NCBI GenBank assembly: GCA_000708835.1 | Contig: DF236991.1 | Span: forward strand, 233,585 to 297,584 | DNA: 64,000 nt | Direction: 5' to 3' | Source: Klebsormidium nitens | Lineage: Eukaryota > Plantae > Klebsormidiophyceae | The notes under the pieces: model-generated | What the model saw: only the letters and a program-made list of their open reading frames with translations | What the model was told of the DNA's origin: nothing | Databases searched by the model: none | Position numbers and translations under genes: made by a program | Shown here: positions 1 through 10,445 of the stretch, one piece after another | Position numbering within the stretch: position 1 is the first letter of the stretch | Layout: every line of letters starts with the position of its first letter

Positions 1-634
1 GTTCCACAAACTCGGCAACAACGCCCGTTTTCGGACCGTCCGATATCGCCGCCATGCGGTTTGCCGCCGCCGTGCGAGAGCTGCGGCATAGCCGCTTCCA
101 ACAGGAGGGCTTTTGCACACCACCGAAGATATGCTCAACGCCCTCCTCCCCGATCTCGCCGAGAACAATCTCAACCGCACGCAGCACGACGTTTCCCCCG
201 TGGCTGTGCGCGATCAGATGCACGAGCGCCCCTGGCTGCGCTTTTCTGATTTTCATAATCCTTTCCGCCAGCTTCTGCGCGCCTTCCTCTCGGCTCGCAT
301 CCGAGTTTTTCGCCTCCCAAAAGAAGGGCTCTGTAATTCCCTCAATCTCGGGATCGGAGATGTCCCCCCAGACCGCGTCCCCAGGGATCCCTCCCCGCCC
401 TTGCAAAACACTCCTCTCCAGCGCTTCTGTCAGCTTCTCGCAGAATGGGAGCCCGCTTCTCGTAGCTCCTCCGGGCGCCCACCATTTCTGATGGAGGTCA
501 AGAAACTCCCCTCCAGGCCCCTGTTTTGGCGCATTGAACGTTCCGTGGATGACGAGCACGTAGTGCTTGCGCTTTGGGGGGGGCGCTTCGACATCGGGTG
601 TCTCATGGTTGGGTGGCTTGCCGGTCCAGTCCAT
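1..634 (-). CDS. Alpha/beta hydrolase-fold protein, paralog of the 2488-6675 gene; first exon, truncated by the window start
   Basis: ATG at 634 opens MDWTGKPPNHETPDVEAPPPKRKHYVLVIHGTFNAP...WWAPGG...EPFFWEAKNSDASREEGAQKLAERI...LVHLIAHSHGGNVVLRAVE and stays open to position 1. It is absent from the ORF track because there is no stop inside the window. Near-colinear with the ORF starting at 6675. Confidence 0.85.
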   Translation of the reverse strand, partial: MDWTGKPPNHETPDVEAPPPKRKHYVLVIHGTFNAPKQGPGGEFLDLHQKWWAPGGATRSGLPFCEKLTEALERSVLQGRGGIPGDAVWGDISDPEIEGITEPFFWEAKNSDASREEGAQKLAERIMKIRKAQPGALVHLIAHSHGGNVVLRAVEIVLGEIGEEGVEHIFGGVQKPSCWKRLCRSSRTAAANRMAAISDGPKTGVVAEFVE

Positions 635-2487
635 AATGCAAGGGAAAATGCAGAGAAACCCTTTAGAACGTCATGTGAAGGACAGATGTGAGGCAGCTAT
701 GAGATTATCTTGCTGCGCAGAGAGTGCGGAAAGCTACGAGAACTGACTGGTGCGAACCGAGCTGATCGCACTTTCTCCAATGCCATCTAGCTTTTCTCTT
801 TCCCTTCAGCTTCCTTTCAGCTGGACTGCTCAAAGCCCATGCATGCAGCGCAAAAAAGTGAATATGTAAGTTCATGCAAAACGCCCTGGGCCTCGACAGG
901 CAGACTCTCTTGTCAACCCGATCTAAGACTACTAGGTAGTACATGTACTATACGATGTAGTCTTGAGTGCTCAACGCGAGATCCTGATTGAATGACGGCA
1001 GTCGCCAGGGAGCAGGTCCATCGAAGGATCGGCAGCCAGTTGTTTAATCTAAACAAACCAGTCAGAGCTTCCTTCCGGGTGCCCGGAGATTGAACCGGTA
1101 CGGCTCGTCCGGCAGTTCTGGCGACCAAGTCGTCCAATCTCCAGGTCCCTCGGCGCCTGCATTGCATGGCCATATGGGCCATGGCCAGGCCCATGCCCGG
1201 CCCATGCCAATGCCAATGAGTCGATCACATGATGGTGCTTTGATGCTGGTGCCAGCTCGGTGCCAGCTTGAAGCCTAATAGCTAGGAAGGTGCCAGCCGT
1301 CTCTCGCCACTGGGGCGCCACTGTAGTCTTGCTTTTCTGCAGCTCATTCAGCTTTCTCAGTGACCCCTCAGTGATCTGCAGTGTTATCAGAGGAAACCCC
1401 TTGAATGCACAAGGGAGCACTTTATGCGTTGGCCTGTTTGGATCTGGGGCTTTGAACTCTTTGACATTAACGTGGAGGAATCCCGGAGGAATGCAGTGAG
1501 GTTGTTGCTGCCACGGTAGTAGTATTAGTACTCCGAGTTCTCGAGTTTGCACGATGCAGTGCCCATCGGACGTCCGTCAGTTGCAAGCGCCACGTGCTGG
1601 TGTTTTCTGTTGCAAACTGTTGGTATCATCATCATGCTATCAGTACTACCATGCCCCCGGTGATTCCCATGATCCTAGACGGTCATTGCATGAGTGGCCG
1701 CCTATGGCCCGCTATCATAGTATACAATCTGTCCAACGCGGCCGACACAGGAGTCACCGTCGGCTTTGAAGATCATCAAATTGCAGGCTGCCACCGGGTG
1801 ATCGACTCGTCGGAAGCACATGCATTCGTGACTATAGCTACTTGCAATGCAAATGACTGCGCGCCAACCTTGAAACATGCATGCGCTATATATAGCGCCT
1901 ATACAGTCTGAGTGGATGATGCATGCATCCGTTGGCGTGCCGCGCGGCCCATGCATGCAAGGCGGCCATGCGCGCCTATTCAGTACTTGATAACGTGTAC
2001 ATACTCAGCATGAACTTAAGCGCGCGGACTGGGCTGGAACTTAATATTGGCGTTTGCATAACATCATTCAAGTTCCAAGCTTAGTGCAGACCCGTCACGA
2101 CGGTTTTGCCACGGTTTTGCCACATGCTGCTTTGAGTGAGTGACTGCAAGCCGGTCAAAACGCCAATGGAATTCGCTCGACTGGCACCTCCCTCCGGAAC
2201 AAGCGAGTTTGAAAATGATCAGGTAACACTCCGTATATACGCGCTGTCAATGGTACAAACGGTTCTTAACACAATCTGCTTTCATGAATCTTAAGCAAAG
2301 CTTGAATAACAATGGAAGACGTTTATTACTACTATATTACGTCGGCGGCTGCTTCGCAGTCAACCATGCGCGACCTTTGCCTACTCAATCCCATCGAGTG
2401 TGGCACAAGCAGATAAGCTCAGCTTATGAACAATTCCTGACTTCCTCTATCAAAAACGGCGGTCTATGCAAAGTTACACCGTAGCGG

Positions 2488-5400
2488 TCAATGCTTGCCC
2501 GCCTTTTTCAAGCTTTGGTCGAAGCCCGCGAGCATCGCGTGCAGACTATCCCCCGCCCCTGCCTGCAAGAATTCGGCCATCGCCTCCACTATCTCCAATT
2601 TGGAGTAGTATAAGCTATGGCGCACCTCCACTTGGCCGGTAATCTCCTTCTGCCTCTCCTCCAGCATCTGGGCAATGAGCATAAGCTCTTGCGTTTCGGA
2701 CTCTTCCAACCCGTCAAAACACCCCGCTTTCAGCAGAGTCCCGACGACAGAATTATCCGAGTCGCGCCCCGCCTCCCTAATCCCCGCTTCTCCAACCGAA
2801 CCGGCTGGCGTGAGCCTCTGAGGCTCTATTAGAAAATCGAACCGGGGCGCTTTCTGGCTGCGGGTCCCGAACGCCGTGTCGTGGTTCAGAATCAAGTTGT
2901 GCACGTTCCAGTGCACGACCGGAGATTTTCTCTCGGGGGGTCGATTTCCCTCAGGAACAGACCCCCCGGGCCCGTTCTCCACTAGCTGCTCCAGTCTTAG
3001 CGTCTCGGAAACGGTCACCCGAGCACTAGACACGCCCTTCTCGGCGCTCCCCGTGCCCAACACCACGTGTACCAAAACTTTTTGGAGGCCGCTTATCAGA
3101 AACCGCTTCGCCAAGTAAACCACGGGAAGCAGCACGAGGCGCAGGAAAAACGAGAGGATCGCGATCAGGATCGTCAAGACCATGATTTCAAAATTGAAGA
3201 TGGGCGCTTTTCGCTTGTAGGGCAGGCAGCAGTTGGTCGGGACCGGCAAGTGGCGAAGCGTGGTCGCCCGGCGGATGTCGGCCGGGAGGGTCTTCCAAGG
3301 TTGCAAGTTGAAGCTTTGGGCGACTTCGGGCACAATGTACGCACGCACCTGAGAGACGGAGAGAAAGCTGAATTATTCCTTTTACTCGAGCTTTCTATGT
3401 TATCAACCCTGATTGAACGGAGGCTCTTCCAAGGCTGCAGGTTGAAGCTCTGGGCGCTTTCGGGGACAATGTAGGCACGCACCTAGAGACGACCAGGAAA
3501 AGAGGGTTAGTGCTCGACTAAGTTTTGACCAGAACGTTGGCGAGTTGGTTTTCGGTCGAGATGGTGGTCGAACTGGAGGTTCTTCCAGGGCTGCAGGTTG
3601 AAGCTCTGGGCAACCTCGGGGACACTGTATGCCCGCACCTGGAGAGAACGCGAAAAAGGGATTTAAACCTCAACCAGATTTCTAACCGCAGTATTAGCGA
3701 TCGATTTTGGTCGACGTGATGTTCGAGATGGAGAGCTTTCACAATTGCAGGTTGAAGCTCTTAGCGACTTCAAACCGATGTAGGCTTGCACGAGAAAAGA
3801 AAACGAAGAGCTAGGTTACCGCTTAACCCGAGCTCTTTACGACCATCTTTTCCAAGTTAACGCCTCATTTTGGTTGAAACGGAGGCTTTTCAAGGGGTGC
3901 GAGTTGAAGCTTAGGCGACCCCAGACCATGTAGGCCCGCATGTGCAGCGAAACAGCACGAAAGCGTTCAGTGCCTGAATCGTGCCCGAGTGATTATAGCT
4001 CACCGTAGTTTACCAGAGTCTCACAACCAAGGCGTACGCTATGAGAAGATTAGGAGAGCCCCAAGCTTTGCGCACTTGCCTTCCACGTGACTGACGTCTG
4101 AGAGCCCCAAGCTTTGCGCACAACGACTTCGAAACCTTGTCGTTGTGCGACAAGGTTTCTGACTGGTCGTTAATAAACCACTTCCAATAAGGGCAGACTT
4201 CTGAGAACTCAGGAGGCAGCACTGACGGACGTATCCGCTGTGAAATAAGAACTCAAATTTCAGATTCTGGTCCTTCTGTTCCATTACGTGCAGCTTCAAT
4301 TTGTGCCAATCTCACCCACGATTGGATCGAGCTCACCAACATACAAGAAGCTGTAATGAAGACATGCTTGCTTCGAAGATCGAAGTTCCTCCGACTTGTT
4401 AAAGGACATGTAACGACGAAGGGTTCGTCTTCAAACGTTTGCTTTTCGCATGCGGAGCGGGATTTAGTCAAGATGGATCGAAGCCGTCCTTGATGCACAG
4501 ATCAGCCGCTGAGAGTGTCTGATGCGAAAAGGAGGGGAGAAACAAGAGGTCTTGATAGCGAGAAGCTTTCAACACTTGATGGCCGAACCGAATAACTGGA
4601 CTTCGAGCCTTCACTGCTTCAAAATCACTAGTCCTTAGATGCTGTGCACCATTCGAAGAAATCAAAACGGGTAAGAAAGGTCGGGTTTGCAGCAAGTCTG
4701 GGAGGCTGATCAAACCAGCCGCGCTTGCATTTCTGTCCGGTTCAAAATCCGAGGAAAGGAAAGAACGAAAAGCTGTCACAAGCTGGGGAAAAGGAAAGAA
4801 AGGGCAGAAAGTAGAACGAAAAGGCATCGACCCTTACGAGCGGTGCCGTGCTCCGGAGGGCGAAGTTTGCTTCGTCCAGAATTCCGGAATGCACAACGAG
4901 GACCGCCATCTCGGCAGACCATGGCTGTTTCGTCAGATGGTAAATGTTTCCCGCGACGTGCGCGTTGGGCCGGTAAGGTTTGAGTGGGTCGATCTTCCCC
5001 TGCAAACGAGAGATCATCTGATTTTGGTTTGCCCCCTCTCTAGTTGTCTCGGTGCCATTGGTCATTTCAACAACAGCTTAGGACAAACCGCCCCTCTAGT
5101 TGTCTCTGTGCACACTGGTCACTTCAACAGCAGCATAGAGAGGGAGGTCAAAATCCAAAATTCTCCATAAAGGGGTGCTTTTTCAATCTTGACTGAGGGA
5201 TATCAGGAGTGCGCCGCTTCCTCATATTAGCACGGTTACCAAGCAGCAGTTTACAGCCCTTTTTAGTGACTCTGACTTTGTCCAAAGAGGCACTGGCTTG
5301 TCAAACGGGTGGATTCGACAGGGCCCTATCAACACCGACGGAGATGCTTCTTCTCGCCCTTTCTTCTGGTTTCAACCAGTCTCTGATCCTCGAGAAGCGA

Positions 5401-6675
5401 ACAGTCTCCTGATCCAAATGTTTCACATGAGCTTCTTTGTCCACCAGACCTTGTAAGTGCCCCTTTGACAAGACGTTCCGATTGCACACCCTAGCAGTTT
5501 CTAAATGTTCTCAGAGCTCTCCGCTCAGAAGAGAACCGCAACGTGCTCCTTGGACTTTTGCGGCTTGCCAAACTAATCAAGACACCAGGCAGCTGCGCTA
5601 ACTCGGAACTCTTTACAGAACACAATGACCATTCAGCGCTTTTCATGTGCGTTCTCCGTAGAAACCCAACAAAAGAATGTCTTGACAAGGTTGGCACGGG
5701 AATGCCATAACAGGTTCCAGAGCTTACCTGAAACGTGTCCAGGAAGATTGCCATGCAGAACCCGAGGACCACACAGAGATAGCCGACAATGTGCCACGCT
5801 CTGCTGTCATTCCAGCCAGTAATGCTGAGACTGATCCCCCAACTCGTCAGCATGATTGTAGCAAACCAAAGCGCTGCAATCGTCGATTCCGGGTTCGGCG
5901 TCTCGCGTTTGGTCAGGAAGGGGGTTCCGAGGAAGACTAACCGCCCCAAGGGGTTTGCGTCGGAGAGAGACGGGTAGTGCATTCGCACGAGATCATCCTG
6001 GTCGAGGGGGCTCAGTTGCTCCGCTAGTTCACCCCCAAACCCTTCCAGAAACTCGGCAACAACGCCCGTTTTCGGACCGTCCGAAATCGCCGCCATTCGA
6101 TTTGCTGCCGCCGTGCGGGAGCTACTGCAGAGCCACCTCCAACATGAGGGCTTCTTTACACCAACAAAGACCTGCTTGACGCCCTCCTCCCCGATCTCAC
6201 CAAGAATAATTTCAACCGCCCTCAGCACGACGTTTCCGCCGTGGCTGTGCGCGATCAAATGCACAAGCGCCCCCGGCTGCGCTTTTCTGATCTTCATAAT
6301 CCGCTCCGCCAGTTTTTGCGCGCCTTCTTCTCGGCTTGCATCCGAGTTCTTCGCCGCCCAAAAGAAGGGCTCAGTGACCTCCTCAATATCTGGATCAGAA
6401 ATGTCCCCCCAGACTGCATCCCCAGGGATCCCCCCGCGCCCTTGCGTAACATTCTTGTCGAGCGCTTCTCTCAACTTCTCGCAGAATGGGAGCCCGCTTC
6501 TCGTGGCTCCGCCTGGGGCCCACCATTTCTGATGCAGGTCTAGAAACTCCCCTCCAGGCCCCTGTTTCGGCGCGTTAAACGTTCCGTGGACTACGAGCAC
6601 GTAGTGCTTGCGCTTGGGGGGGGGCGCCTCGACATCGGCCGTCTCATGATCGGGTGGTTTGCCGTTCCAATCCAT
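2488..6675 (-). CDS. Multi-exon alpha/beta hydrolase (lipase/esterase-like) with hydrophobic putative transmembrane segments
   Basis: Exon 6675-5728 (donor CAG|gtaag) has VLVVHGTF and the nucleophile elbow AHSHGG, followed by hydrophobic segments. An internal exon ending at 4838 (CTC|gtaag) has VVHSGILDEANFAL (candidate Asp). The last exon 3348-2488 (cag|GTG) has a hydrophobic helix and VRHSLYYSKLEIVEAMAEFL (candidate His). Exons between about 5010 and 5727 are unresolved. Confidence 0.75.
3349..3950 (-). repeat. Intronic array of 4 degenerate copies of the acceptor plus first ~60 nt of the last hydrolase exon
   Basis: Plus-strand motif ttccaaggytgcargttgaagct...atgtaggcacgcacct recurs, ending near 3350 (true exon), 3484, 3640, 3790 and 3942. 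Similarity falls with distance from the exon. Confidence 0.9.
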
Positions 6676-8304
6676 AATGCAGGAAAATGCAGAACGTCGT
6701 GCATGGAGGACAATTGAGAAACTATGTGATGCTGCTATAGGACTTATTGGTTGCGCAGAGGGAGGAGAGAACTAGCGGCAACTGACTGGTGCGAAGCTAG
6801 CTGATTGCCCTTTCTCCAATGCCAATCAGCTTGTCTCTTTCCTTTCAGCTTCCTATAACTTGTATAAGGGAGGCCGGTTCTTGGTGGGGTTTGCCAAGGC
6901 CATGCCGCTCAAACCCACAGGGTCGATGATCGAAAGCGTCCTGGGCCTTGACCAAACTCTAGATAGCTTGAACTTGAAGTTCTGGTCGAAAAGATGCTGG
7001 TCGGAGAGTCTACAGAGCGACGACGGCGGTCGCCAACGAGCAGGTCATTTCAAGGAAACGGCAGCCGCTTTTTTATGCAGTGTCGAACCAGCCCAGATTC
7101 CTTTGGTCCAAAGCGGGTCACCGAACTTTCAACACCGGTGCAATTCGCCCGGCACCTCTGGCGACCAATCTCAAGGTCCCCAAGGTTGCTATTGATCAGC
7201 GCCTCAACTGTGGTACTAGCGCTGTTTGCCAGCTCAAAAGTCTGAGCTGGACTTTGTGAAAAGGCGGCTTACTGCTTAATCTTCTGCACTTACTGCTTAA
7301 TCTTCAGCTTTCTCAAGTACTTCGCAATGCTGCCTGCAGAGTGGTTCCTCGAATGCAGAAGTGCTGAGACAACTCTCTGCGCTGGCCTGCTGGTCTAGCG
7401 CTTTGGCAACTTGGAGGATTGCAGCGAGGCTGCCGTGCTGGATACGAGTAAGTCTGCTGGCAAACATAAAGTATCAGTGCTTACAAAAGCATTTTCCTTT
7501 TTGCTAGAAGTTGGCTTTTACAGAACGGTCTCTAAATGCTGACTTGAATTGCTTTGACATTCAACTGCTCGACAAGGGTGTGTACACGTACTACACACTT
7601 CTATCTGCTTCATTTAGCTGCTTTCCATTGCCTTCTTCAGAGCATTAGTAGTGTACTTCAAGCACACATCGTTCTGCAAATGATCACTGTTCATTACTTC
7701 TGTTCATGTTTGTTCAATGATCAGCTCTGAGTTTTTGTTCAAGTAACTGTTGCCTTTCAGGGGCTTCTGCTTGCGGGAAGCTCTGCAACAGTCAGTTAAA
7801 CCTTTGCACTGAAGCCTCATGTTGCTAACTTAGAAGTAAGGTAGCGTTTGAATCTGGAAGTTGCCTATGGCATGGTGCAGAATCAATGTGACTGCTGAAG
7901 CCGACGAGGCTACAAAGGAAGCTGGGTTTGAGGACTGAATGTAATTCCCTTCATCTGACTGAATTGACAGAAGCTTGGGATCTGCTGATGCATGTTCTGA
8001 AGAGCACCACAAGTTTCCAGACCTGGACAAACAGTCCATGCTTCACGGATGAAGGAGCAAGGTCTAGATTGAGGCATCCGCGTCTCTTCTCATCTTTCGT
8101 GGTTGTTGACACAGATACATAGTTGATCAAATCAGTGAGGCACAGGCAAGGGCCGACTTTAACAACGCGGTGCTTGGTTGGTACGCAAGTGCACATTACC
8201 AGCTTCAAAGTACAGTTTGTCCAGCTCCCAGCTTGGACTAGTTTTCTTTTAGCCAGTGAGCCACAGGTCACACACAGAGAAGAGTGAATATTTGGGAGGA
8301 CCTC

Positions 8305-9076
8305 ATGAGCAGCAGCGCTCTCATGAGGGTGGCGCCACTTATCTGGCCAAGTCAAAGCCCTCCCTTGGCTTACAATTCCTGTAATAGACGAGCTGCAGTT
8401 GTAAACACGTCGGTTCCAAAAAGGTGGACTCGTAGCTGCGTCCACTGGCGCTGCTGTAGTTCAAAGTCGGACGACGAGTCTTCAGCTGAAGGGCCTTCCG
8501 CCAAAGACTTGGACAAGGACTTACGTTATAGTCTTGATAAGCCTAAGTCAACAGAGAAGGTATGGGAGCGAGCAATCTGGACGAGGAGGAGTTGTTCAGG
8601 GCCTATAACCGTGAGGAGCTTGAATACCGTATGTCGGACGAGGAGTGGGAAGCGATGGTCGAACATCTGCCCCCGGGCCAGCAGCAAGAAGAAGCAAGAG
8701 AACGAATCAGGATAATGAAGGAGAAAGAGGAAAAGGCAGACGAAGAGCTTAGACAAAAATGCAGAAAAATTGCGGAGGAATTGAGGAAACAGGAGCCCAG
8801 TGAACCTGCCCCGTCAACGGAGAAGGTATGGGAACGAGCAATCTGGACTGAGGAGGAGTTGTTCAGGGCGTATAACCGCGAGGAGCTTGAATCCCGTATG
8901 TCGGATGAGGTGTGGAAATTGATGGTCGAAGATCTGCCCCCGAGCAAGAAGAAGCAAGAGAACAAATCAGGATAATGAAGGAGAAACAGGAGAAGGCAGA
9001 CGAAGAGCTCAGACAAAAGTGCCGAAGAATTGCAGAGGACTTGAAGAACCAGATTGAACGCAGTTATCCGGCTTAA
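8305..9076 (+). pseudogene. Unknown protein (Ser/Arg-rich transit-peptide-like N-terminus, acidic/charged body) with a ~266-bp internal duplication; each copy has a 1-bp frameshift
   Basis: MSSSALMRVAPLIW...KSTEKVWERAIWT shifts frame at ~8582 (ctggacgagg versus ctggactgagg in copy 2). Copy 2 shifts in a C-run at ~8940 relative to copy 1 (…EEAREQIRIMKEKQEKADEELRQKC…SYPA*). Could be a pseudogene, a splicing artefact or sequencing errors. Confidence 0.5.
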
Positions 9077-10445
9077 GGTCAGAAGACCTTGGATCTTAAG
9101 GCACACGTTTTGATAAGTACGCGCCTTCTTGACAAGCGCGGCCGTCCCTTTTGAAGTCTAGTCTCGAGTTGGAGTCTCAGAGCCGTGGCCTAGTCACTCC
9201 ATCTGCAGCCCGTCTGGCAGGCTTCTGAGTTTGTGAAATGATGGTTATAAAAGCGCTCTGAATAACCGTGATGGATCATTGCTTGACTCGAACGCCCGAT
9301 CCGACGGTGGATATGCAAACAAGTAGGCGCTAATTGTTCGCATCTCCTAGCTATATACTTTGTATGCATGTACTTCGGCGGGCCTGTACTAACGACGGTA
9401 CTTCATGCACAGACAACTAGTAGCTTACGAATTGGCTGCGCAGCCTTAAACTTGTTGCCAGACCATGCGCCATGATGTCAGTGTGTATTATCTTGCATGC
9501 CATGATGCATCAGTCACGTGTGCAGTAAATTGTCGACAGCTAGGAATCAGCTCAAGAAGCTATAGAACTTCGGAAATAAAGGCACCTACGTCGGCAGGTA
9601 CTTAATGGAACAATTGGACCCAACTTGCCTGGACTCGGTGCGTATACGATTATGTGTACGTTTACAAACTTCAATAGATCTGCGAGGGTTCGATCTCAGT
9701 CCGCATGCACACGCTTTGAGCTGAGTCGTTGAATGTGCAATGATTTCGGACCATGCACTGGCACTGAGTGCACTTGAATTCCGAAGCTTGGGCCTGATAT
9801 GATTGTTCGCCATGAGTCGTGCACTCAAGCTTGTACCGTACATTGTATGTTGAGCTACATGCATAAAAATCATTACAACCTGACGTACTTCAAGAGCGAC
9901 CGGACTCACAACTTGCCACCTGTTACGGACGGTGCCGCAGACGCATCTTGTCATGATTGAAGTCGCCACAATTATGCTCCAACCTTACTTGGCGGCTGGC
10001 CCCGACCGTCTCAATTCTCTGATCTAACCGAGTAAATCGAGCTGGACTTGACACGCCTGAGGCTCAACTTGGCATTGACTCGAACAAATTGTAAAGCAAA
10101 GGCACATAAATTCTTGATGGCAGCGCATCTTATTGCACAGCCGCGTTCTGCAAAAGGGTTGTTCTTACATGCGACGCGGTTCACCACCATCCGGAAAGGA
10201 CGATCCTTGAGCAATCTCAAGAGTCCCTCATAACGAAGCAACTGTACATCAAATGATGCGATGTAGTGTAAGTTACACCCGCAACCCCTCAGGGTGTTTC
10301 TTATCAAGACAAAGCTGCCGCTTTACGCCTAAGCACTACTTATTTCTAACTGGCCTGTATACACGAACTCGACCCGTAGTGCCGCGCAAAGTCAAACGTC
10401 CATAAGCATACGAGCACGGCCCGACCCAACCGTGTTCTTCGTGCA

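Larger units (their letters stand above)
1..7450. repeat. Tandem gene duplication, offset about 6.04 kb (1-~1500 homologous to ~6041-~7450)
   Basis: High similarity over the coding exon (ggcaacaacgcccgttttcggaccgtcc at ~14 and ~6055). Patchy similarity continues upstream, e.g. aactgactggtgcgaa at ~741 and ~6780, and ctggcgaccaa at ~1118 and ~7158. Confidence 0.8.

Noticed and set aside
54-691. Plus-strand ORFs 54-491 and 113-691 (and 6113-6543)
   Set aside because: They are antisense shadows of the minus-strand hydrolase exon, which has recognisable motifs.
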